This document shows, in pieces, positions 50,212 to 60,243 of a stretch of DNA of 64,000 bases; the stretch's first letter is position 1, and each line of letters opens with the position of its first letter. The stretch is from a virus. The stretch spans positions 88,627 to 152,626 of the IMG/VR virus record IMGVR_UViG_3300009553_000019; one strand, written 5' to 3'. A model generated the notes under the pieces. It saw nothing but the letters and a program-made list of their open reading frames with translations. It was not told the DNA's origin and did not search any database. The translations under genes were made by a program, and so were the position numbers.

Positions 50212-51035
50212 ATGAAAAAGATTTACAAGTATAAGTTAACAAGCAAAGACTTAGAGCTAGAACTTCCAGCAGGTGCAAAAATACTACAAGCGAAATTTGC
50301 AACTGATGGTTCGCTTTGTCTCTGGGCAGTTGTCACACCTGGTTCAGAAACTGTTCATAGGTATTTTAAGGTGCTGCATACTAACGACGAAGTTGATGAT
50401 GATCTTCAATACATCAACTCGGCTAGCAATGCTTCAGGTTTCAACACAGTCCATGTCTTTGAAGTGATGATCTGATGGATACCGGAAACCGAGTTCGGGA
50501 TCGTTTCAATAAGAGGATGGGTTATGTTAGGCAACCAGGTCAGTCTCCAGATTTAGTTATAGTGCAATGGGATGGTGAGTTGAAACCTTCTATTGTAGAG
50601 AAAGATAGACTGGAATTGATTCCAAAGGTTAAGAAGTCGTGATTTTCTGTTGTCCAAACTGTGATTTTGATCAAGAGTTCTCAACCCCATTCAAATCGAT
50701 TAGAGTTGGTGATATGCTTAGTTGCACGAACTGCACAACTAAGTTGGTAGTTCGTTCGTCAACTGCTACTGATGTAAAAGTGCAGAAGTATGTAGCTCCA
50801 ATGATTATCACTGACAAGGTAAAGAAATATGGCTAAATCTGATGTTGTCGAAAGCGTTGCGAAAAGTCTCTACAATAAGTTTTGGGAATTTAGCGGGTGG
50901 AGAACTTTGAAAGGTAGTAGAGCTTTAGAGTGGGAGGACTCTAAACTTCCTGAAGAGGTCAAGGACAGGTGGAGAGCAGTTGCTAAACATGTAAGGACTT
51001 ATTCTGATTATGAAGTCAGTCTGAAGAAAGAGTAA
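50212..51035 (+). CDS. small hypothetical genes (50212-50475, ~50475-50642, 50639-50836 Zn ribbon, 50829-51035)
   Basis: Coupled ORFs; KKIYKY.L..LPAGAKIL..LWA.V..HVFE is a common phage family pattern. Confidence 0.55.
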
Positions 51036-51036
51036 T

Positions 51037-52167
51037 ATGGCACAAACAAAAGCGTTTCAAAAGTTGATCCATAGTGATGCTATGGAAGCTATTCGTAACT
51101 TGTCAGTTCCAGTTGAAGGACTAGCAGAAGTCATTCAAGATCATTGGACTTTTGACCTCTACAGTAGGAAGCCTGGTCCAGCTTATCTAGAAGATGGGGT
51201 TATCAAACCTACCGATCTGGATCTGGTGTGCTTCTTGTCAGCTTTAGCTGATCGAAATGCGGTTATCAATCTTCCTTCTTACACCAGCAAGAGAGCAAAG
51301 ACGATTAGAGAAGGCGAGACTGTTATCTCTAATAAGAACCGTCATGGGAAGGTTATTGGTTTGAATGCTAATAAGGCAGTTCTTTCCTTCTCAATCCGGA
51401 TTGAAGATATGAACGTTATGTCTTCTGATGGTCTGGGTTCAGAAGAGATTGGAGCTCCACGAAACTTTATGATTGTGGACTTGGATGGAGAGTTCTACTC
51501 AGGTTGGAAAACAATCGAATTTGTCCCTACTGCTAAGGAGAATGATTTCCTAAATGATAAGCAGCTTTGGACAGGCAATTCAATCTATTTTGAGAACTTT
51601 GTCCATCCAATGCGTTGGACATCATTCTTTGGGCAATACTTTTTCGTAACAAAAGCATTGATTAACCGTCTTGAACAGGATTTGACTTACACAAATCTCT
51701 GTATCCAGCAATTGCTGAAAAATGGAATCAAATTTCCTACCAGCGGTGATGGTTCTAAAAAGGAATGGCCAGCATCAACCAAGGGTGAGAGTAAGTCAAT
51801 TTCAGTTAAGACTTGCGAGGTAGAGGTTGACATCCCTTGGACTGGATCTTATGTTCACCCATCTAAGATTGAGAATTCTCAAGAAAATCTAGTTCGCCTG
51901 GATAAGTTAGCACACAAGATCAAGCACAAGCAACTTCCAGCTCTAAGGTTTGCTACCAGAGCAACTGAGTTAGCGTTTTTTAAGAATGGTGGGGTTACCA
52001 CTAACTTTCCTACTTGGATTAAGGGAGCTAGCTGGGAGACAGATTACGTTCAGCCAGGAAAGCGAACTGAATGGAATCGGCTTATGCTAACTCAGAGATT
52101 CCCTTTTGAAAAGGGATTTGCAATTCGTTATCGTGAATTTGAGAAGAGTGAAAGGGTTGCTGTCTAG
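51037..52167 (+). CDS. hypothetical protein (376 aa)
   Basis: Long ORF with no motif recognised. Confidence 0.7.
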   Translation: MAQTKAFQKLIHSDAMEAIRNLSVPVEGLAEVIQDHWTFDLYSRKPGPAYLEDGVIKPTDLDLVCFLSALADRNAVINLPSYTSKRAKTIREGETVISNKNRHGKVIGLNANKAVLSFSIRIEDMNVMSSDGLGSEEIGAPRNFMIVDLDGEFYSGWKTIEFVPTAKENDFLNDKQLWTGNSIYFENFVHPMRWTSFFGQYFFVTKALINRLEQDLTYTNLCIQQLLKNGIKFPTSGDGSKKEWPASTKGESKSISVKTCEVEVDIPWTGSYVHPSKIENSQENLVRLDKLAHKIKHKQLPALRFATRATELAFFKNGGVTTNFPTWIKGASWETDYVQPGKRTEWNRLMLTQRFPFEKGFAIRYREFEKSERVAV

Positions 52168-52787
52168 TGAAAATCAAGGTCGTTAGAAAATATACACATC
52201 GTTGGCAAGATCTACAAAATGGTCAGATTGTAGAAAAATCTGAACCTAGAGAGCAAGTCCTTTTCAAAGGCAGTGAAGCAGCTTTCAATCAGTGGCAGAA
52301 AACCAACCAGCTTAGGGCTACTGACGAAGTGATTAAGAACTTCAAAGGTGCAAAAGTAGACCACGGTTCTCGAACGAAGCTGACTATCGGAGGTATTGAT
52401 GGAATCGATGATCATTGACACAAAGAAAGTCATCGATTCTGATGACTGGGTAATTGCAGAAGCTGGTGGGGTTGCTTACATAGGGAAACTAGCTTTTGGA
52501 GTCGACGACGCCATTCTGGGCTTTGATAACAATAAGATGATCCAGCTGTCCCCAGTCTTCGAGCTTTACAAGGGACTTCACCCACAACAAAACGGGACGT
52601 TGGGGAAGTTTATTCAGATCATGGCACTTGGTTTGTGTCTTGATACTGCAAGAATCTGCATTCGTCCAACGACATTAACCTTTCTTAATTCTCTTTCTAA
52701 AGAAGATGTTCGGGAGTACGAAAACATACTTCGAGATGTTGTAAACAGGATTACTCAAGCTAGGGCAAAGCGTTCAGGTATTATAGC

Positions 52788-53456
52788 GTGATGTTAACAG
52801 AAGCTGAGAAAATTGCTAACGCTGCAAGAAAAGTACGTCGACAGGCTTTAAAAGAGATTTACGCTAAAGCTGATGCAAAGGCAAAGCCTGATGGGACTTT
52901 CTTTGGGTGGTATGGCATTATCTGTAGTTCTGCAGCTGAATGCCGAGTAGGCCTAAAGCTAAAAACCTACGCTGAAATGCTCGGCATGGGAGATTTGGTT
53001 GATCACTACCTAATTCCAAACCAGTTGGAGTTAGTTCGGAATTCAGATGGATCTGAACGGTGGAAGTCAGAACGTCTGTTTGCTGGATATCTTCTGTGTA
53101 AGCTTAAACTAACTCCAGATCTGAAGAATTTGATCTGCGCGATTCCAGGTGTAGTTGGATTTGTCACAGATCGAACTGGAATGAAACCTCAACTAGTTTC
53201 ACAAAGAGAGGTCGACTGTGCCATATCATTGATGTATCAGTCAGTGACTGGCCAGATGAAGAAGAAACAGAGAACTGATTTGGTAGTTGATCAATGGGTT
53301 GTAATTAAAGGTGGCCCATTTGAGAATTTCAAAGGTCAGATTAAGCGTATTGCTGATGGTAGATTGATGGTACAGCTATCGCTTTTTGGTCGTATTACTA
53401 CAGTGTCTTTTGACCAATCAATAATCGCTCCTGACCCATTAGCAGGGAAAGTGTAA
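52788..53456 (+). CDS. nusG: NusG-family transcription elongation/antitermination factor
   Basis: NGN domain WYGI..S.AE, LFAGYLL, IPGVVGFV, P..VSQRE; KOW domain VVIKGGPFENFKGQI..V.LSLFGRITTV. Confidence 0.92.
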   Translation: MMLTEAEKIANAARKVRRQALKEIYAKADAKAKPDGTFFGWYGIICSSAAECRVGLKLKTYAEMLGMGDLVDHYLIPNQLELVRNSDGSERWKSERLFAGYLLCKLKLTPDLKNLICAIPGVVGFVTDRTGMKPQLVSQREVDCAISLMYQSVTGQMKKKQRTDLVVDQWVVIKGGPFENFKGQIKRIADGRLMVQLSLFGRITTVSFDQSIIAPDPLAGKV

Positions 53457-54031
53457 TGCGTCGATTCTTTTTACTTCTAGCTATTCTTTTGCTTCCAGCC
53501 AATGCCTTTTCTAATCGTCAAACATTAGAAGAATCGTTGCGAACAATTCCAGAAAAGTACGGTTCCAAAAAAGAACCTGTGGTTAGTGGGGTTGAATTTG
53601 CAAAGGCATTGATGCAGATCAAAGGAGTTAGTAGAGAGTGGGCAGCTTTGCTATCTGCAGTAGGTATCCATGAGTCAGCGCTCTCCGAAAGAATTCGGTT
53701 AGGCTTGTATCACGATTGTAATGGACCAGCTGACAGATGTGAGGGTGACGCTTATAGAGATAAGGATGGAGTTCTAAGACACAAAGCGTGGGGGTTGTGG
53801 CAACTTCATCAAAATCTTACGAACGATCAGGAATGGGGTTCTACTGAGCTTCAAATTCAAGCTAGAGCAGCTTCCAGAATGCTTCGAGGCGCTTACTATC
53901 GATGTAAGAATAGTGGAGTTCCCCATCCACTAGGGACGATTAGGGCTTTCGCAGGTCGTTCCTGTACGATGCCATTCCCAGGTGAGAGTAAACGCGTAGT
54001 GACTTACAACAGGATTCTAAGTCAGCTGTAA
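53456..54031 (+). CDS. secreted lysozyme/SLT-like protein
   Basis: Signal peptide ending ANA; IHES..AWGLWQL lysozyme-like motif. Confidence 0.6.
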   Translation: MRRFFLLLAILLLPANAFSNRQTLEESLRTIPEKYGSKKEPVVSGVEFAKALMQIKGVSREWAALLSAVGIHESALSERIRLGLYHDCNGPADRCEGDAYRDKDGVLRHKAWGLWQLHQNLTNDQEWGSTELQIQARAASRMLRGAYYRCKNSGVPHPLGTIRAFAGRSCTMPFPGESKRVVTYNRILSQL

Positions 54032-54076
54032 ATCTGACGTAGTAGCTGGTATTATAGGTTCTGAAAGGTTCAAATT

Positions 54077-54508
54077 ATGTCTACGAAAAAGAAGAAGAAA
54101 GTTGCATCTAGGGGTAAGGTTGTAGCCGCTCTGAAGTCTGCACCGAAACGAAAGACAGCTAAATCAGTCAGAGCTCCGAGACCTTCTCGGAAGAAGGTCC
54201 CACCCAGCGAGAATATCGTTAGGTTGAAGACTTCCTCTTTTGATTGGATGGTTGGTCGATCAACTCAACGGGGTATCTCAATTAAGTCGATCAATATCGT
54301 TCGAAAGCCTTCGAAGGGGGCTTTGAATGAGTATTTCGAAGCTCTTACAGCAGATGGAAAGTCGAAGCACTATTTCTCCATTGATGCTACACAACCTGGT
54401 GGGGTTTCTAGCAAGGTCCTTATTCCTGCCAAAGATGTTGTAGGTCTTACGGTTTCTGGAAAAGAGTATCAAGTAGCTTCTGATACTAGTTACAACCATC
54501 GTCGCTGA
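54077..54508 (+). CDS. protein with highly basic histone-H1-like N-terminal tail
   Basis: MSTKKKKKVASRGK..APKRKTAKSVRAPRPSRKK. Confidence 0.55.
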   Translation: MSTKKKKKVASRGKVVAALKSAPKRKTAKSVRAPRPSRKKVPPSENIVRLKTSSFDWMVGRSTQRGISIKSINIVRKPSKGALNEYFEALTADGKSKHYFSIDATQPGGVSSKVLIPAKDVVGLTVSGKEYQVASDTSYNHRR

Positions 54509-54527
54509 TTCATACTTTTCGATACGG

Positions 54528-54560
54528 TTAGCTGCATCTTAAACTAGTAGATGCAGCTAA
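54528..54560. terminator. intergenic hairpin
   Basis: 12-bp perfect stem TTAGCTGCATCT / AGATGCAGCTAA; weak U tract. Confidence 0.5.
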
Positions 54561-54578
54561 ACCAATGTTTAGGTCTAT

Positions 54579-55407
54579 ATGAGTGAAGTCCCCGATAACA
54601 TCACTAGGTTGTTGCGTAAGACTTACCCTAGTTCATATACGGTTGATTCGTTGGCAGCCCAGCTAAAATATACTTCAGCACAGGTTTCAGAAGCTGTTAA
54701 TAAGCTGTTGACTTATAAGATGATTGTCGCCATCGAATCAACAATTGATAATGGTTCTGGTGTTCAGATTCCTGTTGTTGGAGCCCCTGTCCAATACAGA
54801 GCAACTTTTTCGAGTAATTTGTGAGTAAGGTAGTAGCGATCAGACACAGTACTGTTGTCTGGGTTACTGGTACCATGACCATTGATGGTCGACATTTAAC
54901 ATTGAATCTTTCTTGTAGTCGTTGCTTAGTCACCTGGAATTACAAGAGATTTTGTGGTAATATTAATTCTGTAAAAGAGAAAGCCTTGACTGTGTTTGGT
55001 ATGGAACATACCAAGTGCATTGCAAAATGAACGTCCAGAGAATCTTACTGTCGTGGAAAGAAGAGTTTGTTCAAGTTGGGTGGTTAGCAGATTTCCATCC
55101 CATGCTAGAGATTTATGAACCAATCGATTTAGGCGATGGCCGTTCTTATCAGTTGCGCTACGCTAAGACTTACGGGGCTAGTTTTTGGAGACCAGAACTA
55201 GAAGAGATGGAACCAAGACTAGGAGAGCTAGATTCAAAGCCAGGTGGAGTGGGTATCTATGCTGAGTGGCTTAAAAGGCAATGCTTCAAGGTTGGTGATC
55301 AAGATCTTAGAATAGCAGATGCTTCAATTAGGGGGTTGGGTGTTAGTAGATTCCTGTTTAATGAGATCACTTTCAGCTATTCATCAGCTGTTGGAACCAA
55401 GCAATAA
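54579..55407 (+). CDS. small genes (54579-54824 wHTH-like, 54821-55030, ~55027-55407)
   Basis: YTVDSLAAQLKYTSAQVSEAVNKL wHTH pattern. Confidence 0.5.
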
Positions 55408-55462
55408 CATAGGTTGTTAGTTAAGTTTAGCTTAGTATGCAATACAGAAAAGAGATTGACTA

Positions 55463-56269
55463 ATGTGGGAACTATACGGTGTAGATGTTTCTAACTATCA
55501 GTCGACAACAGGTCCAGGCGGAAAGTCATATGACGAATTAGCCAGGACATGTAAGTTCGCCATGGTAAGACTCTCTTATGGCACCTACAAAGATCCAGCT
55601 GCGGTTCAACACTTCAAAAACTTTAGAGCGGTTGGAATCCAGGTTGGTGGGTACCATTTCTTTCGTTCAACCCAATCAGTAGCTGATCAACTTACTGTTT
55701 TTAATGCTCAAGCTGCAGATTGTGGGTACCTGCCAGGTGATATTGCCCCTTCTTTAGATATTGAAGATGACCCAAGAGTTGCTACTGTTAGTCCGAGTTG
55801 GGTTCCCCAACTGAGGGAGTTTATGGCTTGCTTGCTTTCTACTTACGGAGAGGCAATGCCTTATCTTACTCAGTATGCTTATAACATACTGTTAAAGCCT
55901 TCTTTTATTTTAGTCAGACCTTTGTGGGTGCCTTATTGGGTTAACTCATCTAACCCAGCATCTCCTGGTGGAGTTACTCCAGCGATTTGGCAAAGAAGAG
56001 TTGGGCCATACGTTTTTAATGGCGAGGGCGGAGTGTTCAAACCCCAGTTAATAGATCAAAATGTAGCACACAATGTGTTACCACTAGCTCGAACAGTAGC
56101 TAAAATGCCCGTTGTTGTACCACATACTGATACCCCACCACTGCATACTGAAGAAGACCTCTGGAAGAATCGTTTGGATAGCATCACTAACGATGCTTGG
56201 AGCCAGTTAAATTTGAAGCTAGAGCCAGATGATTACGAAACTTACGATGGGGATGGAAAGGTCAAGTAA
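55463..56269 (+). CDS. GH25 lysozyme (probable endolysin)
   Basis: GVDVSNYQ, GGYHFF, LDIED, LWVPYW, IWQ, IDQN. Confidence 0.92.
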   Translation: MWELYGVDVSNYQSTTGPGGKSYDELARTCKFAMVRLSYGTYKDPAAVQHFKNFRAVGIQVGGYHFFRSTQSVADQLTVFNAQAADCGYLPGDIAPSLDIEDDPRVATVSPSWVPQLREFMACLLSTYGEAMPYLTQYAYNILLKPSFILVRPLWVPYWVNSSNPASPGGVTPAIWQRRVGPYVFNGEGGVFKPQLIDQNVAHNVLPLARTVAKMPVVVPHTDTPPLHTEEDLWKNRLDSITNDAWSQLNLKLEPDDYETYDGDGKVK

Positions 56270-56287
56270 GAATCTTGTTTTCAGTAC

Positions 56288-56324
56288 TTGATTAGTTGAA
56301 GATCATTATTATGATGTTTGTATG
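56288..56324 (+). promoter_or_regulatory. conserved promoter motif, copy 5 (heads the nadV operon)
   Basis: TTGATT-16-TATGAT-GTTTGT-ATG (start of 56322-56513). Confidence 0.8.
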
Positions 56325-56733
56325 GAAAAGAAAATCGTCCGACACATCATTCAAATCACAAATGATGATGGTGAGTGGGGAGATTACGCTCCAGGATCAG
56401 TTGCTCGATTAGATTTGGAGTCTACTATCAGCATTGCAAAAGCACTAAAGCCTGATAGGAGACGTATGCGAGTAGTTACTCTGACTGAAACAGCATCAAC
56501 AGAGGTTGAGTGATTAACCTATCTGAAAGATTTGCTAGCGATCGATTCAAAGTGATCGCAACCTTTCCAGATGGTGTTCCAGTCAAAGTCTGTTCTAGTG
56601 AGGAGGGTTTTACATTCTGCGAAGCTTGTAGAGTTTTAGAACATGCTGCTAAGTTTTACGTTGGTATGAGATTGCAAATTGTACCTGATTTTGAAGTTGT
56701 TGAAGGTTTGGTAGAATTAACCCAGGAGTTGAA

Positions 56734-58182
56734 ATGAGAAGTTGGAATTCACGTACTGTTCAGTTGAAAGAAGATCTGCCCTACAACCTGCTGACTGACA
56801 CTGATAGTTACAAGTTCAGCCACCCTGGTTTGTATCCCGACGGTACGACCAGTATGCAAAGTCATCTTATCGCACGTGGTGGTGAGTTTGATACCTGTAC
56901 ATTAGCAGGGCTTCAGTACATTCTTCATAAGTATCTAGCAAAGCCAATCACGCTAGATATGATTGAAGAGGCTGAAAGCTTTGCTGGAAAGCATGGTGAG
57001 CCTTTCAACAAGGAAGACTGGCTCTATGTTATGAAAAAGTATGGCTACCTTCCAGTCAGGATTCGCGCTATTCCTGAAGGGTTGGTAGTACCAGTAAAGT
57101 CAGTACTAGCTACGGTAGAGTCGATGGTTGAAGATGCTCGGTGTTTCTGGATCGTATCCTGGATCGAAGATATCCTCGAGCGCTTGTGGTACCCTAGCAC
57201 AATTGCAACTACCAGCAGGGAATCAAAGAAGATCATCAAAGAGTATCTCGATCTTTCTTCTGATGATCCAGAGGCTGAAATTGGGTTTAAGCTTCATGAC
57301 TTTGGTGCTAGGGGTGTTGCCACTCTAGAGCAGGCTAGAATCGGTGGAGCAGCGCATCTTTTTAGCTTCTTCGGTTCAGATACCGTAGAAGGTATTCGAC
57401 ATGCTAATCACTATTACGATTGTGAAATGGCAGGTTTTTCAATTCCTGCAACAGAACATTCTGTAATGGCTATGTGGGGTGCTAATCATGAGATTAGCTG
57501 TTGCGAGAATTTCATTCGTAAGATGTTGATTGAACGCCAGGTTCCAGCAGGATCTCCAAAGTTTGCAGCTTGCGTTAGCGATACTTATAACGTGTTTGAG
57601 ATGTTTAAAGCTTGGACTCATCCCTTCTTACTCGATCTGATCAAACAATCAGGTGGGACTCTAGTTGCTAGACCAGATTCAGGTAACCCGCTAACGGTTC
57701 TTCCAACTTTGTTTGAGATTCTTCAATCAAGGCTGCCAATTACTATCAATAGTAAGGGTTATAAGCTGTTGCCATCTTACTTCAGGATGATTCAGGGTGA
57801 TGGCATTGATATGCAATCAACCAGAGCTATTTGTAAAACTCTGACTGACCTGAAGTGGTCGATCTCAAATATTGCCTTTGGTTCGGGTGGGGGTTTGCTT
57901 CAAAAGGTAAACCGAGATACTCAGATGATCGCTTTTAAGAACAACCATGCTATCATTAATGGCAAATCAGTTGCTGTTAGAAAGAATCCTATCACAGACA
58001 GTGGTAAGGCTAGCTTGGGCGGTCGTTTAGATCTAGCGCTGATTGATGGCGTTTACAAAAATGTTGTGCTAGATCTTGGTGTTGATAAACATCCCCAATC
58101 GGTTATGAATACTGTCTTTGAGATGGGTGATGTTATGTACCACACTACTATGGACGCTTGTCGGCAGAGGATGGCGCTGTAA
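56734..58182 (+). CDS. nadV: nicotinamide phosphoribosyltransferase
   Basis: TDSYKFSH, LWYPSTIAT, LHDFGARG, SIPATEHS, VSDTYN, ARPDSG, IQGDG, FGSGGGLLQKVNRDT. Confidence 0.95.
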   Translation: MRSWNSRTVQLKEDLPYNLLTDTDSYKFSHPGLYPDGTTSMQSHLIARGGEFDTCTLAGLQYILHKYLAKPITLDMIEEAESFAGKHGEPFNKEDWLYVMKKYGYLPVRIRAIPEGLVVPVKSVLATVESMVEDARCFWIVSWIEDILERLWYPSTIATTSRESKKIIKEYLDLSSDDPEAEIGFKLHDFGARGVATLEQARIGGAAHLFSFFGSDTVEGIRHANHYYDCEMAGFSIPATEHSVMAMWGANHEISCCENFIRKMLIERQVPAGSPKFAACVSDTYNVFEMFKAWTHPFLLDLIKQSGGTLVARPDSGNPLTVLPTLFEILQSRLPITINSKGYKLLPSYFRMIQGDGIDMQSTRAICKTLTDLKWSISNIAFGSGGGLLQKVNRDTQMIAFKNNHAIINGKSVAVRKNPITDSGKASLGGRLDLALIDGVYKNVVLDLGVDKHPQSVMNTVFEMGDVMYHTTMDACRQRMAL

Positions 58183-58303
58183 TGAAAATTCCAAAAGAGG
58201 TTACTGCCAGATTTGTAAACGAAGATACTCGATTTGTTATCAGTGGTATTAAATGCTCTACTGATGATGGTTTAGCAGATTTCACTATTAAGATTGAGCG
58301 AGA

Positions 58304-59458
58304 ATGATGGACTGGGGAGTTAAGAGTTCGATTAAAAGGCTGTTGGTTGATCAGCCCAAGGCCAAACTATACCTAGCCTTAGCAGGGTCGGGGATAGGAA
58401 CACTATTGAAGATACAGGAAATTCCCGGAGTATCTCAAGTTCTTCATGGTGCTAGGTTGATTTATGGCAAAGAGGATATGACAAACTTCTTGGGTTTTGA
58501 AGTAACTCAAGCAGTGTCAGAAAATACCTCAATCTACCTAGCGATGGAAGCATATACACAAGCGGCCGTCAATCACTCCACTATGCCAATAGGTATTGGT
58601 TTGACAACTGCTATTGCTAGTAATCGAGAGCATAAGGGTAAGCTAAGAGGTCATGCTACCATTATCTCTGACAAGCTAATGTGTACATGCGAATTTACCC
58701 TCCAACCAGGTGTTGGAGAGAATGCCCGAAGGCAGCACAACGATACCATAGATCTCGTTCTTGAAGGTCTGCTTCAGTCTACGGTGTCTAAAGAAACCAC
58801 CTCTTATCCTGTAGTCACTAATTGCTCTGAAAAAGCCTTGAGGCTGTTTTTAGAGATGGGCTATTTTGGTTCAAATGGGTTTAGGGGTAATTCAGAGCGG
58901 AATGGACCACCTGATGCAGTTATCTTTCCAGGTTCGTTCAACCCGGTTCACGACACCCATTTGCAGATGGCTAAATCGGTGTCTGAAGAGTTGCGAAAAC
59001 CTGTAGTACTCTTGGTTAGCACTGACCCACCACACAAATCACAGCAACCAGTAACAAACTTTCTTCGAATTGTCAACACCGTCCGTAAGTGGAACTCTTC
59101 GTATATTGGTCCAGCTGGACAGCTTCATGTTAAATTTCATACAGGTCTGCCTTTGTTTGTTGACAAAGCTAGGTTTTTTTCAGATCAGCAATTTATTGTA
59201 GGTGCTGATACTCTTGACAGGTTGCTCGATTCAAAATGGGGTCTACCAACGTGGGAAGTAATTAACAGGCTGAAGAATTCTAGAACGCAGCTTATCGTGT
59301 TTGATCGTATTTTAGAAGATGATTCTGTTTTGATGCTTCGTGATGTTCTAGATCAGTATCGAATCTGGCCTTATGCGAAGAGTAATTTTAGACAGGTTCC
59401 ACATACTCCTTCAAAGATCAGTTCTTCTGGGTTGAGAGCTGAAATAGCCAAGCTATAA
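58304..59458 (+). CDS. CinA/PncC-like domain fused to a NadD-like nucleotidyltransferase
   Basis: IPGVSQVL..Y..FLG..AVSE..LAMEA CinA-like; FPGSFNPVHDTH, FIVGADT and ISSS NadD-like. Confidence 0.8.
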   Translation: MMDWGVKSSIKRLLVDQPKAKLYLALAGSGIGTLLKIQEIPGVSQVLHGARLIYGKEDMTNFLGFEVTQAVSENTSIYLAMEAYTQAAVNHSTMPIGIGLTTAIASNREHKGKLRGHATIISDKLMCTCEFTLQPGVGENARRQHNDTIDLVLEGLLQSTVSKETTSYPVVTNCSEKALRLFLEMGYFGSNGFRGNSERNGPPDAVIFPGSFNPVHDTHLQMAKSVSEELRKPVVLLVSTDPPHKSQQPVTNFLRIVNTVRKWNSSYIGPAGQLHVKFHTGLPLFVDKARFFSDQQFIVGADTLDRLLDSKWGLPTWEVINRLKNSRTQLIVFDRILEDDSVLMLRDVLDQYRIWPYAKSNFRQVPHTPSKISSSGLRAEIAKL

Positions 59459-59536
59459 TGTATCAAGAACAATCTGAAACCTTACTAATGACAGGTTTAA
59501 CAACTGGTTATTAGTCAATTTGTTGAAGATTAGTAC

Positions 59537-59574
59537 TTGATTTAGGTTCTAATCATTATTATGATGTTTGTATG
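59537..59574 (+). promoter_or_regulatory. conserved promoter motif, copy 6 (heads Nudix/phosphatase genes)
   Basis: TTGATT-17-TATGAT-GTTTGT-ATG; starts a 59-aa ORF at 59572-59751. Confidence 0.8.
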
Positions 59575-59760
59575 GACGAAGAACAAGTAAAGCGGTTGAC
59601 AGAGATACGAGATTCTGCGATGAGGAGTTGGATCAACCTAAGGTTTGATCGTGGTTCTGATTATGAAAAAGCTGTAGCTTATGCAAAAATCGAAATGATC
59701 GAAAACATTGCACACATTTTTGGTGTTGAGCTAAAACCCTACTCTCCTTGAAGGTTCTTT

Positions 59761-60243
59761 ATGTCACATACCTACGAATATCCTAGACCTGCTTTAACTG
59801 TCGATGCCATAGTTGTACACCAAAAACAATCTGGTGGTTACAAGATTTTGTTGATCGAACGTCTGCATGACCCATTTAAGGGATGCAAAGCGTTGCCTGG
59901 CGGGTTTGTCAACAGCGGTGAATCGACTGAGGAAGCAGTATGTCGAGAGCTTCGAGAAGAAACCACGCTAGACTTTAAGCTAGAGCAGTTCAAAGAAGTT
60001 GGCGTGTTTAGTAAACCAGGTCGAGATCCAAGAGGGTGGGTTGTTAGTGTAGCTTATCTAGCTGAAGTCGAAGAAGAATTTGCAGTAGAGGGATGCGACG
60101 ATGCTGCTTCTGCTAAGTGGTATGAACTGCCCCGCTGTTCTTTTTCATTGGATCAATTAGCTTATGATCTTCTGGAAATGAACCTAGCTTTCGATCACCG
60201 GATGATTATTCTCAAAGCGTTTGAGGTGATGCTTCGTGGATGA
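59761..60243 (+). CDS. Nudix hydrolase, ADP-ribose pyrophosphatase/NrtR-type
   Basis: YPRPALTVD, LPGGFV..GE...A..RELREET, RDPRGW, DDA, LAFDH. Confidence 0.92.
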   Translation: MSHTYEYPRPALTVDAIVVHQKQSGGYKILLIERLHDPFKGCKALPGGFVNSGESTEEAVCRELREETTLDFKLEQFKEVGVFSKPGRDPRGWVVSVAYLAEVEEEFAVEGCDDAASAKWYELPRCSFSLDQLAYDLLEMNLAFDHRMIILKAFEVMLRG

